Of a stretch of 64,000 nucleotides of DNA, positions 46,090 through 56,500 are shown piece after piece. Origin of the DNA: a bacterium. Its GTDB lineage: Bacteria > UBA8248. A program made the position numbers and the translations under genes. The stretch is from NCBI GenBank assembly GCA_965242545.1, contig OZ251456.1, forward strand, positions 1,158,756 through 1,222,755, read 5' to 3'. The notes below the pieces were generated by a model. It was not told the origin of the DNA. It worked only from the letters and a program-made list of their open reading frames with translations, and searched no databases. The number at the start of each line of letters is the position of its first letter. Position 1 is the first letter of the stretch.

Positions 46090-46210
46090 CTCGGCATTCC
46101 CGGGCGTTGGAGAGGCGAAGCGTCCCGCCGTCACGGAGCGTTCGGGATTCAGAGCATCCCGGCGGCGAGCGGCTGACGGAGAGGCGCGCGATCAGGCGGA
46201 TGAAAAACGG

Positions 46211-46378
46211 CTATCGAATCATCTCGTCGTACACGTCGTCTTTTTTCCCTTTTTCGATCAGCTTGTCGTGCCTGAGTCCCTGCGAGATCGCCAGCCAGAC
46301 GAAATACGCCACCAAGGGAATCATGAAGGCGATGGGGATGTTGTCGGGCTTCGTCAGGATGGCCAGAAAATTCTCCAT
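46211..46378 (-). CDS. 55-aa single-TM microprotein (KPDNIPI motif)
   Basis: MENFLAILTKPDNIPIAFMIPLVAYFVWLAISQGLRHDKLIEKGKKDDVYDEMIR*; gene-like codons; AGGAA upstream. Not in the ORF track. Confidence 0.75.
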   Translation of the reverse strand: MENFLAILTKPDNIPIAFMIPLVAYFVWLAISQGLRHDKLIEKGKKDDVYDEMIR

Positions 46379-46516
46379 ATCGAAAAATTCCTTTCCTTGC
46401 GGCTTGGCGTAAAGGAGACGCTCTTGACTCCGGGCATTCTGGCGGAAATTCGGGCCGAGGGCAAGAGAACCGGAGGCTTCGCTTCCGAAAAAGGGGTTTC
46501 CCGTTCAGGATGCGCC

Positions 46517-46546
46517 TTGACAATCGGCGCGCGGAATGGATATATC
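46517..46546 (+). promoter_or_regulatory. Putative sigma70 promoter upstream of the ferredoxin
   Basis: TTGACA-N18-TATATC. Confidence 0.45.
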
Positions 46547-46636
46547 TTTGAAACGGAAAGCATATCGCCGGGATAAGCGGAGTTTTCCTCCCGGCGGGTC
46601 GCCCTCCGGGCAGCGAGTCATTCAAGAGGCGGAGCG

Positions 46637-47116
46637 ATGCCCCACTTCATATTCGACGCTTGCATCGGGTGTTCGGTGTGCGAGCCCGTCTGTCCGACGA
46701 AGGCCATCACGGGCGAGCCGCGCGAAATCTACAAAATCGACCCCACGCTCTGCATTGACTGCGGCGTGTGCGGCAAGTATTGCCCGGCGTTCGCCATTCA
46801 GGACGACGCCGGGGAGGTGATTCGCAACATCAAGCACAAGGACATGCCCAAGGCGTTCGTCCTGGAGGAGAACTGCACCGGCTGCGTCTGGTGCGTGGAC
46901 GTCTGCCCGTTCGATTGCATTCGCATGGCGCCATCGTCCGTGGAGCGGGATCACAGCGCGGTGGCCGTCGTGGATCAGTCCACCTGCGTCGGCTGCCGGC
47001 TCTGCGAGGAGATTTGCAACAAGGGAGCGATCATCGTGCCGAAGCATGAGGACGAATCCGAATACATGACGCCGTTCATGCACGAATTCGTAACCTCTCC
47101 CCTCCGCGCTTATTGA
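46637..47116 (+). CDS. Ferredoxin with four [4Fe-4S] motifs
   Basis: CIGCSVCEPVCP, CIDCGVCGKYCP, CTGCVWCVDVCP, CVGCRLCEEICN. Confidence 0.92.
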   Translation: MPHFIFDACIGCSVCEPVCPTKAITGEPREIYKIDPTLCIDCGVCGKYCPAFAIQDDAGEVIRNIKHKDMPKAFVLEENCTGCVWCVDVCPFDCIRMAPSSVERDHSAVAVVDQSTCVGCRLCEEICNKGAIIVPKHEDESEYMTPFMHEFVTSPLRAY

Positions 47117-47142
47117 GCATACCGAAGCCGGGACGTTCAGCC

Positions 47143-47168
47143 TCCCCCGCCCGCTCGGGGGATTTTTT
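47143..47168 (+). terminator. Rho-independent terminator after the ferredoxin
   Basis: TCCCCCG-CCCGCT-CGGGGGA followed by T6. Confidence 0.7.
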
Positions 47169-47299
47169 GTGAGCGGACTCCTTGACGCCGTTCGCGGGCT
47201 TGGGTAGCGTTTCGCGTTGTGGTCGGATGGTGAGGCGGCCCCGCCGCTCTTTCCAGGAATGAACCGCCGACGGAGCCGGTTGAAAGGGGAGGGAATCCG

Positions 47300-49528
47300 T
47301 TGCCTCCGGTTTTGACGCCGCGCCCGCCCGCCCGGATCATGGACATCATCGATCTGGTTGAGGAGTATTCGCCCGACTGCTCGGCGCTGCTCACCAAGGC
47401 CTATATTTTCACGGCGAAAGTCCACAAGGGGCAGTCCCGGGTTTCCGGGGAGCCCTACATTTCCCATCCTCTGGAAGTGGCGCGTATTCTGGCGGAGCTG
47501 CGCCAGGATCCTGAAACGGTGTGCGCCGGCCTGCTGCACGATACCGTGGAGGATACCTCGACGACGCTCAAGGAGGTTGACGAGCACTTCGGGGAGCGCG
47601 TCGCCGAGCTCGTGGACGGCGTCACGAAGCTGGCGAAGATCGACAGCTCGAACACCCAGGTCCGGCAGGCGGAAAGCTATCGCAAGATGCTGATCGCCAT
47701 GGCGAAGGACATCCGCGTCATCATCATCAAACTCTCGGACAGGCTCCACAACGCGCTGACGCTTCACCATCTCCCGCAAAAAAGAAGAGAGCGCATCGCC
47801 AGGGAAACGGCGGAAATCTACGCGCCGCTCGCCAACCGCATCGGCATCGGCTGGCTCAAGGGAGCGCTTGAGGACGCGGCGTTCAAGCATCTGCGCCCCA
47901 AGGAATTCCTGGAGATCGACGAGCTGCTCCGCGACGGCCTGGAAGACCGCGAAGCGTATATGGACCGGGTCATCGCGGAGATGAACGAAAGCCTCGAAGA
48001 AGCCGGCGTCCGCGGGACGGCGTCCGCCAGATTCAAGCTTCATGCCAGCATCTACGAGAAGATGCAGACGCAGAATCTCGACTTCCACCAGGTCTATGAC
48101 ATTTGCGGCGTGAGAATCATCGTGGACGACGTGAAGGATTGCTACGCGGTGCTGGGGATTCTGCACTCCCGCTGGACGCCCATCCCGGGACGCTTCAAGG
48201 ACTACGTCGCCCTGCCCAAGGCGAATCTGTATCAGTCCCTGCACACGACCGTCCTGGGGCCGGAGGGGCAGAGGGTGGAATTCCAGATTCGCACGAAGGA
48301 GATGCACCGGGTGGCGGAGGGGGGAATCGCCGCGCACTGGAAATACAAGGAGGGTGAGGAGGTCAACGACGGCCTCGCCGACAAGTTCGAGTGGCTCAGA
48401 AGAATCGTGGAAAGCCTGGACGAAGAGGCCGATCCTCGAAATCTGGTCGATTCCGTGAAGATCAACCTGTTCCAGGACGAGGTGTTCGTTTTCACCCCGA
48501 GGGGCGAAGTGAAGAGCCTGCCGCGCGGAGCGACGCCGGTCGATTTCGCCTTCTCGATCCACACGGAGGTGGGCAGCCGCTGCGTCGGGGCCAAGATCAA
48601 CGGGAAAATCGCGCCGCTGAGCGCCCTCCTCGAAAACGGCGACATCGTCGAGATAATCACGAATCCCCACCGAAAGCCCAGCGTCGATTGGATGAAATTC
48701 GTCGTCACCGCCAGGGCGAAGCAGAAAATCAGAAACTGGATCAGGCAGGAGCAGAGGGAGCGCTCCCTCACGCTCGGCCAGGAGCTGCTGGAACACGAGC
48801 TGGGCCATTGCGTGAGGCATCCCTGGCCATACGTGAAGCCAGGCGCGCTGAAGGAGGTGGCGCGCTTCTTCGGGGTTCAGGGCGATGAGGATCTGCTGGC
48901 GTCGATTGGCTTCGGGCGCGTATCCGCGCGTCAGGTCGCCCATAAGCTGCTGCCCGAGGAGCTCGTGCGCGAGCGGGAGAAGAAGGAGAAGTCCCGCCTC
49001 AGGCGTCTGGTGCATCGCGTAAGCCGCCACAAGACCAGGACGGGCATCCGCGTCAAGGGGCAGGACGACGCTCTGATTCGTTACGGGAAATGCTGCCAGC
49101 CGATTCCGGGCGATGAAATCGTCGGGTTCATCACGCGCGGCCGCGGCGTGACGGTGCACAACGAGAGCTGTCCCAACATCAAGGCGCTCATGGATGAGCA
49201 GGAGCGTCTGGTGGAGGTATCCTGGGGAAAGACCGACAAGGATCGGATGCACCTGGTGACGCTCGTGGTGGAGGCGCGGGACAGGCCGGGCGTTCTGGCG
49301 AGCCTCAGCGCCGCCATCGCCGCGCGCGGGGCGAACATTTCGCGCGTCTCGGCGGAGGCTTCTCACAACAGGGCGGGGATTCGCCTGGACGTGCAGGTGC
49401 GCGATCTGGACCACCTGAACGAGGTTCTCAAGAAAATTCACGATGAGAAGAGCATCCTCTCCGTCAATCGAATCGCGCCCGAAGTCGCGCCGCGCAAGGG
49501 CGAGGTTCCCAAGATTCGATCGGATTAG
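47300..49528 (+). CDS. rel: Bifunctional (p)ppGpp synthetase/hydrolase (long RSH)
   Basis: SGEPYISHP, LLHDTVED (HD intact), YQSLHTTV, EFQIRT, HWKYK, TGS (FTPRG...DFAFSIHT), CCQPIPGD, C-terminal ACT. Confidence 0.97.
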   Translation: MPPVLTPRPPARIMDIIDLVEEYSPDCSALLTKAYIFTAKVHKGQSRVSGEPYISHPLEVARILAELRQDPETVCAGLLHDTVEDTSTTLKEVDEHFGERVAELVDGVTKLAKIDSSNTQVRQAESYRKMLIAMAKDIRVIIIKLSDRLHNALTLHHLPQKRRERIARETAEIYAPLANRIGIGWLKGALEDAAFKHLRPKEFLEIDELLRDGLEDREAYMDRVIAEMNESLEEAGVRGTASARFKLHASIYEKMQTQNLDFHQVYDICGVRIIVDDVKDCYAVLGILHSRWTPIPGRFKDYVALPKANLYQSLHTTVLGPEGQRVEFQIRTKEMHRVAEGGIAAHWKYKEGEEVNDGLADKFEWLRRIVESLDEEADPRNLVDSVKINLFQDEVFVFTPRGEVKSLPRGATPVDFAFSIHTEVGSRCVGAKINGKIAPLSALLENGDIVEIITNPHRKPSVDWMKFVVTARAKQKIRNWIRQEQRERSLTLGQELLEHELGHCVRHPWPYVKPGALKEVARFFGVQGDEDLLASIGFGRVSARQVAHKLLPEELVREREKKEKSRLRRLVHRVSRHKTRTGIRVKGQDDALIRYGKCCQPIPGDEIVGFITRGRGVTVHNESCPNIKALMDEQERLVEVSWGKTDKDRMHLVTLVVEARDRPGVLASLSAAIAARGANISRVSAEASHNRAGIRLDVQVRDLDHLNEVLKKIHDEKSILSVNRIAPEVAPRKGEVPKIRSD

Positions 49529-49607
49529 GCCTGTTTTCCCCCGCGTCTCCCGCATCGGAAGCGACGCGCGAATTTTCAGGTTCGCCTCATGAAACGGCGG
49601 CGCGACC

Positions 49608-50297
49608 ATGGCTGATTTGCTGAATCATTCCTGGGAGATAACCCCCGCCGAGGCGGTTCGGGTTCAGAGGACGCTTCAAAAGCGCCTGGCGCTGCATCCG
49701 CTGGCCGGCCCGCCGGGAATGATTGCGGGCGCGGACATTTCATGCGAATGGCATGGCGAATCCGGCATCGGCGGCATGATCGTTTTTTCGTATCCGGATA
49801 TGCGGATCGTGGACGAGTCGTTCCACGCCGGAGCGCTGCGGTTTCCTTACGCGCCCGGGCTGCTCTCCTTTCGGGAGGGATATTTGCTCGAAGAAGCCTT
49901 CCGGGGGCTGCGCGAAAAGCCCGATCTCATCATTTTCGACGGCCAGGGGACGGCGCACCCCAGAGGATTCGGCATCGCCTCGCACCTGGGATTGCGCCTC
50001 GGCCTGCCCGCCATCGGGTGCGCCAAGAGCCGTCTGTTCGGCGAAGCCCCGGGGACGCCCGGCGAGGAGAAGGGAGACTGGCGATGCCTGCGCTCACCGG
50101 ACGGGCGAAAGATAGGCGCCGTTCTCAGAACGAGACGGGGCGTGAAGCCCGTGTATGTCTCTCCCGGCCACCTCATCGACGTTGAGGATTCGGTTCGGTG
50201 GGTGCTGGAAACCACTTTCCGGTATCGCCTCCCCGAGGTCGTGCGCGCGGCTCACAGGCGCGTCAACGAGGAAAGGGTGAGGCGAAAAATCAAGTAG
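49608..50297 (+). CDS. nfi: Endonuclease V (deoxyinosine 3' endonuclease)
   Basis: AGADIS, FPYAPGLLSFRE, DGQGTAHPRGFGIASHLG, IGCAKSRL, KPVYVSPGH, YRLPE. Confidence 0.96.
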   Translation: MADLLNHSWEITPAEAVRVQRTLQKRLALHPLAGPPGMIAGADISCEWHGESGIGGMIVFSYPDMRIVDESFHAGALRFPYAPGLLSFREGYLLEEAFRGLREKPDLIIFDGQGTAHPRGFGIASHLGLRLGLPAIGCAKSRLFGEAPGTPGEEKGDWRCLRSPDGRKIGAVLRTRRGVKPVYVSPGHLIDVEDSVRWVLETTFRYRLPEVVRAAHRRVNEERVRRKIK

Positions 50298-50350
50298 TGG
50301 TCAACGGCGCCCCCATCGGAGCGCCTTTCCGGCGGATGATGCGGGCTTGG

Positions 50351-53251
50351 CTATCCGGCTGATGCGCCGGCTTTCGCTTCGGGCTTCGCCGTCCGCGAGT
50401 CGTCGTTCTCCGCCTCGGGCGCCGGGGCGAAGTTCTTCTCGATCATCAGGTAGTCCCGAATCGCGCGGATTTGGCGATACGCGTCTCCTCCGAGCGTCTC
50501 CTCGTCGATGGGCTCGCCGTGGCTTTCGATGCTCCCTTTGCGGATGGTCTTTCCAAGATCGGCGGGCGAGGAGATGACGATCTTTTTCTCATCAATGCTC
50601 ATCACCCTGACGAGGCGGGCGGCCCCGCCGACTCGCAGGGTGGCCAGCTGCTCCTCCGCCAGCTCGGCTTCTTTTACGGTCTCCAGCTCGTAGGTGAAGC
50701 GGCCGTCCTCTTTCTCGCCCCTCGTCCCTTTGACGACTTCGGCGCGAATTCCGGCGCCCTCGAAGAAGTTCGGCATCTTGGTGCCCGGCTGGATCTTGCC
50801 CGGGCTCACCAGCCAGTCGAATATCCAGTCGGGGCGCAGGCGATTTTTCGCGAACAGGAGGTTCGGCGCCGTCGGGGGCTCCTGGCCCCGCGGAGGCGGC
50901 CATTCTCCGTGACAGGAGAGGCATTCCGCCTTCGTGAACAGATCCCTGCCGGCTTTCAGGTTTTCCGCGCTCACTTGCGCGGCGTCGAAGTGGGTGTAGG
51001 GGCGAAGCTTCGAGTCGAGCGCGGCGAAGTAGTCCACGAGCGCGGCGGCGTCTTCTTCCGGCATCTGGAAGCTGGGCATCCGAACCTTCAGCCAGGGCCG
51101 GAGGGTCACGACGTTCCGCAGGAAACCGAAGAACCAGTCCGGCTGCACCTTCCGACCCTCGCCGTTCAGCATGGGCGGGCCGTTCGTTTTCTCCTCATAG
51201 CGCCGGAGCAGGTCTCCCCCCCAGTTCTCGATCACGTGGCAGCCGCTGCAGTTGTATTTCTCGATCATCCGGCGGCCCTTTTCGATGCGCTTCGCGGGGT
51301 CGTCCAGCTTGACGTGGACGCTGTGCGGCGCGCCGTGGGGCGTCATGGAGCGGAGCAGGGTGCGGATGGCGGAGACTTCCGCGTCGGTGAGCTCGAAGTT
51401 CGGCATGAGGAGGGCTTCGCGCTCCGTCTGGTAGATTTTCGGGTTTTTCAGCTTGCCGAACGTCCAGGCTTCCCACGTATGGGGCATGTCCACCACGTTC
51501 CCGAATGAAAGCTCGAACGGCTTTTTGGCGGCGAAGCGGGTCAGGTTCGGCCCGATTTTGGAGAGTTTCTCCGTGCCGGGGATGACGTGGCAGCCGAAGC
51601 AGCCGTGCGTCGCCACGAGCTTCTTCCCTCGCTCGAAAGAAGCCGCGTCTCCCAGCTTCCGGGGCTTCGGACGCTTCGACGGCGGCGTGAGGCTGATGAG
51701 ATAGGACGTCACCGCGTCCGCTTCCTTATCCGAGAGACGCAGGCTGGGCATCTTGGTGTCGTGCCAATACGCCTTGGGGTTCTTCAGCCACCGGCGCAAC
51801 CAGTCGGGCTGAACCTTCGCGCCGATGTTTTGCAGGGCCGGAGCGAAATCCCGGTTGCGATAGACGATGGGTCTTCCGTTCACGCCCTTGAGGAGCGGGC
51901 CGGGGTTCAAATCCTTTTCGTTCCGGATATGGCAGCCCAGGCACCCGACGGCCTCGAAAACGGACTTCCCCTTCTGGATCCGCGCGGGGTCGTCCAGGTT
52001 CGGGACCTTGCCCGCCGCCGTCTTCCGTCCGCCCTGCCGCCAGACGTAGGTGGCGATGTCGAACGCCTCCTGGTCCGTCAGGCTGAAATAGGGCATCCGT
52101 GTTCTCGGGTTGTAGTCCTTCGGCTTCCTGATCCAGGAGACGAGCCAGGCGGGCGACACCTTTTCCTGAATCCTCGACAGGTCCGGCCCCGCCTTGCGCA
52201 GGCCTTCGGTGCCGGGGAGGGTGTGGCAGCCGTTGCATCCCAGCTCCCGGACGAGGGAAATGCCGCGCGAAATTTTGGGCGCCTCGGGGATGTTGAACTC
52301 CTCCGCGTGGCAGCTTCTGCACTTGGTCTGGGTCTCGTTGCCGTACAGCAGCGGGTCTTCCCAGAACTGCACGTGGCCATGGGCTTTCTCGACGCTGGTC
52401 ACGGCCGTCCCCTGACCGCCGTGGCAAAGGGTGCAGCCGACCTTGTTGAATTCGTGCTTCGAGAGGTAGAGGCGTCTGTCGGGGTGCGTGCGGAAAGGCT
52501 GCGGCGCGTTTTCAAACCCCGCCCGGTTGATTCCCAGATGGCACGTTTGGCATCGCTCGACCTTCATCACCGGCTCGTTGAAGTTGTTTCGCTCGTACTC
52601 GCGCAGAACGAGCTGGTTGATTTCGTAGGTTCGGCCGGAGATGCCCTTGAGGCGGCGCTCCTGGAAGGAAATGTCGCCCGCCGCTTTTCGCCGCGCCGCC
52701 TCGAGTGTTTTCAGCTCTTTTTGTCGGGTCTCGATTTTCGCCTTTATCGCGTCCCTCTCGGCTTCCGCCTTTTCCGCGATCGGCTGTATCTCGTCGAGCT
52801 GGGCCTTGGCCTCATCGACTTCCTTTTGCTCGGCCGCCTTGTCGTGCCCCTGACGGATGGCTTCCTGGAGGTAGAAGTAGGATTGATCGTAAAGGGCTTT
52901 TCTGAAGCCCAGCTCCTGCACTTTTTCAAAGGTGTCGAGCTCGATCCTGGCGAGTTCCCGCTTGAGGCCCGCGAGATCTTCGTCATTTGCGAGTTTTTGC
53001 TTCTGGGCGGCGATTTTCCCGTCGAGCTCGGAGACCTTGGCGCCGGTCGCCTCCCTGAGCCCGGCGATCTTCTTCTCTACGAGGGCCTTCTCGTAGGCGT
53101 TGAATTTTTTCTGGTATTGCTTCCATGGCCTGCGCGTGAACGCCTCGTCCCATACGGTCCAGAACGTGACGACGACCATGATGAGCCCGAGAATGAAGAA
53201 CGGAACGGGGCTGGTTTTCTCCTCCGGAGGCTTGAAGTCTCGACCTTGCAT
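50351..53251 (-). CDS. Membrane-anchored octaheme c-type cytochrome with coiled-coil stalk
   Basis: N-terminal TM, ~150-aa coiled coil, eight CxxCH motifs: CQTCH, CTLCH, CRSCH, CNGCH, CLGCH, CFGCH, CSGCH, CLSCH. Confidence 0.9.
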   Translation of the reverse strand: MQGRDFKPPEEKTSPVPFFILGLIMVVVTFWTVWDEAFTRRPWKQYQKKFNAYEKALVEKKIAGLREATGAKVSELDGKIAAQKQKLANDEDLAGLKRELARIELDTFEKVQELGFRKALYDQSYFYLQEAIRQGHDKAAEQKEVDEAKAQLDEIQPIAEKAEAERDAIKAKIETRQKELKTLEAARRKAAGDISFQERRLKGISGRTYEINQLVLREYERNNFNEPVMKVERCQTCHLGINRAGFENAPQPFRTHPDRRLYLSKHEFNKVGCTLCHGGQGTAVTSVEKAHGHVQFWEDPLLYGNETQTKCRSCHAEEFNIPEAPKISRGISLVRELGCNGCHTLPGTEGLRKAGPDLSRIQEKVSPAWLVSWIRKPKDYNPRTRMPYFSLTDQEAFDIATYVWRQGGRKTAAGKVPNLDDPARIQKGKSVFEAVGCLGCHIRNEKDLNPGPLLKGVNGRPIVYRNRDFAPALQNIGAKVQPDWLRRWLKNPKAYWHDTKMPSLRLSDKEADAVTSYLISLTPPSKRPKPRKLGDAASFERGKKLVATHGCFGCHVIPGTEKLSKIGPNLTRFAAKKPFELSFGNVVDMPHTWEAWTFGKLKNPKIYQTEREALLMPNFELTDAEVSAIRTLLRSMTPHGAPHSVHVKLDDPAKRIEKGRRMIEKYNCSGCHVIENWGGDLLRRYEEKTNGPPMLNGEGRKVQPDWFFGFLRNVVTLRPWLKVRMPSFQMPEEDAAALVDYFAALDSKLRPYTHFDAAQVSAENLKAGRDLFTKAECLSCHGEWPPPRGQEPPTAPNLLFAKNRLRPDWIFDWLVSPGKIQPGTKMPNFFEGAGIRAEVVKGTRGEKEDGRFTYELETVKEAELAEEQLATLRVGGAARLVRVMSIDEKKIVISSPADLGKTIRKGSIESHGEPIDEETLGGDAYRQIRAIRDYLMIEKNFAPAPEAENDDSRTAKPEAKAGASAG

Positions 53252-53320
53252 TGTGAAAAAACGCTCCCCCCGGCGCTTTGCTCGAAAACTGCGGGCGTTC
53301 TCTATCCTGAAATCGCGCTG

Positions 53321-53349
53321 ATTATAGGGAGGGGCGGGGCGGGCGTCAA
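53321..53349 (-). promoter_or_regulatory. Near-consensus sigma70 promoter of the multiheme cytochrome
   Basis: Minus strand TTGACG-N17-TATAAT, about 70 nt upstream of the ATG at 53251. Confidence 0.75.
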
Positions 53350-53511
53350 CCTGAGAGCGGATAGTTTTGACTGAATCGCCAAGGAGATACGCGGGGGGCG
53401 GCGCGCTCGCCGTCGCGGGCGCGGCGGAAGTATTTGAGGATGAGGCGGGGACGACGCGGCTGTGGCTTCCCGGGAGAGACGCGGAGAGGGCAAGCCGCTG
53501 GTTTTGCGGCG

Positions 53512-56500
53512 CTAACCTCTTTGGCTGCGGATGATGTTGGCGAGCTGCCCGATGATGGCGATGGAGATGGCGGGGCGCTCTTGGATCAACAGCAGAAGGG
53601 GCTCTTTCTCGATGCCCAGCAAGGAGGCGTCCTTGCTGGCTCGCGCCCCCGCGCTTCTGCCTTCGTCGCCGAAGAGCGCGATTTCTCCGAACGAGGTCGG
53701 AGGACCGAGCGTAGCCAAGATCTTCGGCTCCCCGTTCGCCTGGCTCTGCGTGATCTCGATTTCTCCGTCCACTATGACGTAGAGATAATCGCAGGGGTCT
53801 CCCTGCTCGAAAAGAATTTTCCCCGCCGATATCTGGATTTCCCGGGAAATGTTGCTCAGTATCTTGAGTTGATCCGCGCTCATCGTCTCGAACATGCCGA
53901 CGCCTTTGAGGAACAGGGCCTTCTCGATGGTCGAGAGCATGATCTTCTCCTGTCTGGGTGAATTTTCGCCGGGCGCTTCGCGATGGCCGAGCGTCCGGCG
54001 CGCCTGAACCCGCACCCGCTCATCCTCGTCATTCTCTGCGGTTCTCAAAAATGCTTCAACGCCTTTTTCGTCTTTTCCGATAGCCGCCAAGGCGCCGACC
54101 GCGGCTTCCCGGATGAACGGATCGGCGTGCGACGCGCGCTCCTTGAGTCGGGCGACCCATTCCCCGGCGTCTTCGCGCCCCGCGCGCTCGAGATGCTTTC
54201 CCGCCGCGTCCACGGCGATGGCCTGAAGCCACGTGTTCCCGGAATCCATGTATTTCTTGAGCGCGTCCTCAATGGATTCCTCGGGTATTTCCCAGAGCTT
54301 TCTGCCCTCGGCTATTTTTTCGGCTGTCGAACGGCCCAGAAGCAGGGGCTCGAGCGCCAGAATCAGGAGCCGCGCACTGCCGACGGAGGAGAAATCCGAG
54401 AGCGTCTCGATGGCGATCGCCCTGGATGAAGATCCCCCTCTGGCGATGGATTCCGCCACGGTGTCCGCCGTTTTTTCATCTCCAATCACCCCCAGCAGCT
54501 CCAGCAGGACCAGCTGCCTCTCCTCGACGGCGTCGCCCAGCGCTTTTCGCAGCATCGGGAAGGCGGCCGCGTTTTCCTGGCGTTCGATGACGTGGAGATG
54601 ATTGATGATCCCATACGCTTCTTTGACGTGCTTCACGGCGAACGAGGAGAGCGCCTCGACAATCTCCTCCGCGCTCATTTCACGGGCGTTGTTTCCGGCG
54701 CTTTTGAGCAGAAGCGGCGCGAGAAACGCAATCACGCCGGAGCCTTCAAGGGAGAGAGTTCCTTTGCGCTTCATCTTCTTCAGGGAATCGACGGCTTGCC
54801 TCCTCACCAGGGCGTCGACGTCCGAGAGGGCGGTCAAGGCGCGCTCGAAGTTCCGCCGCGCGCCTCTCTCGCCCAGTTGCTGAACGCCTCTTCGCCGAAT
54901 CGCCGCGCTCTTGTCCGACGTGGCCGCGCGGAGGGCTTCCTCCATCTTCTCCTCGTCAACCTCCTGGTTCGCGGCCAATGCCGCGATGGCCTCGAGCGCG
55001 GCTTCGCGGACTTTCTCCTCGCTTTCGTAGAGATAGGGAATCAGCCGCCTGATGAATCGCGGATTCCGGAGTTCCCCGACGCACCGCAGGGCGCAAACTC
55101 TGGACGCCTCGTCTTCCTCGTTGAGCATCTGGTGCAGCGTTTGCGCGCCGTTGGCGAGCCAGAACAGATCGTCGGAGCGCACAAGCAGCTGGACGGCACG
55201 GGCCCTGGCTTCCGGGGAGCGGCTCTCCAGGTTTGCGTGAACCAGGTCCGCCATCTCGTCCGTCAGTCCGATGGCCTCCGCCGCGTCCATGGCGGCGCAT
55301 TGAACGGCCGGGTCTTCCGCCGCGAGGTAGTCCGCGAGCAAGCCCCGCATTTTTTCACTTTCCCCGGCTTCGGGAGACCTGGCGAGAATTTTGAGCAACT
55401 CGGCCGCCGCGTCCCCTTTTCTCTTTGGAATTTCTTCCAGAATGATCCCGAAAGTTTCGCTTCTGCCGGCGTCGGCCATCATCCGGGCGGTGAAGACGCA
55501 AAGATCGTCGTCTCCGTCGCGTATGTTTTTTCTCAGGATCGCCATGCTCTCGTCGTCAATCGGGCTGAACCCCTCCCGGGCGTAGCGATACAGGCCCAGG
55601 TTTCGCTCCTCGAGCATCTTGCGCAGGGCGGCCCCGTATTCGCGGCGCACGATGAAGCCGGCGGCCAGATACGCGAACGCGATGAAAAGGGAGATGAGCG
55701 CCACCCAGCCGGGGCTGAGCGGGAAGACGGCGAGGCCGGTCGGCTTGATGACGAGCAGGACGACGCCGCTGACGATGCTCGCCACGGCCACCACCTGGCC
55801 CGCGACGAAGGCGCCGACCCGCGCGCGGATGGCGGGAGAGACGGCGTTGTAAAGCAGGGCGTTGATGGCGTTTCGGATGGATTCCTGGAGGTTTTTGTTG
55901 TTGAACCGCAGGAAAACGGCTGAATGGAATCCGGGCGAAATCGCCATGCCGAGAAGGCCGAGAATCGTCGTCGCCGGATAGATGAGGTTCGCCGTCCCCA
56001 AGCCGAGCCGCTTGATGATGCGGGGGGTGATGAACGTCTGGACGAGAAGGGAAAAAGCGCTGCCGATGGCGGTGAAGTATCCCAGAAACGAGGCGAGCTG
56101 CGCGGGATCGGAAAAGACTTCCCGAAAGACGAGGCTGTATTGAAAGTCCTGAAAACTTCTGAGGATGACCACGAGAAAGCTGAACAGGGCGAACGCGCAA
56201 ACGTATCTGTTCGTCTTGAGAAGCGCCAGACCGCCTTCTCTCGCCGGGGCCGTCTTCGCCGTCTTGCGCTTGCGCGGCCGCGCGTCTTCGATGAGGCGAT
56301 CCCGAAGCCGCCATTCTATGTATTGCACCGCCCCGACGCTGATGAGGATGGCCCCGATCCACACGTAGAGAAGATTCGTCACGCTCCCCAGGACGGGGAT
56401 GAGCAGAGGGATGGAAAGCCCCCCCAGGATGCCGCCGTAGCGTCCCCCCGTCAGGATGATCGGAACCATGCGCTTCGACTGCAGAACGTCGAGATATTGG

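Noticed and set aside
46622-49609. 995-aa minus-strand ORF and similar long ORFs (23454..25874 +, 10328..12172 +, 30457..32514 +, 37170..39107 -, 61355..63382 -, 51587..53374 +)
   Set aside because: Antisense shadows of clearly identified genes; strong GC3 bias removes stop codons from the opposite frame, and the translations have no recognisable motifs.
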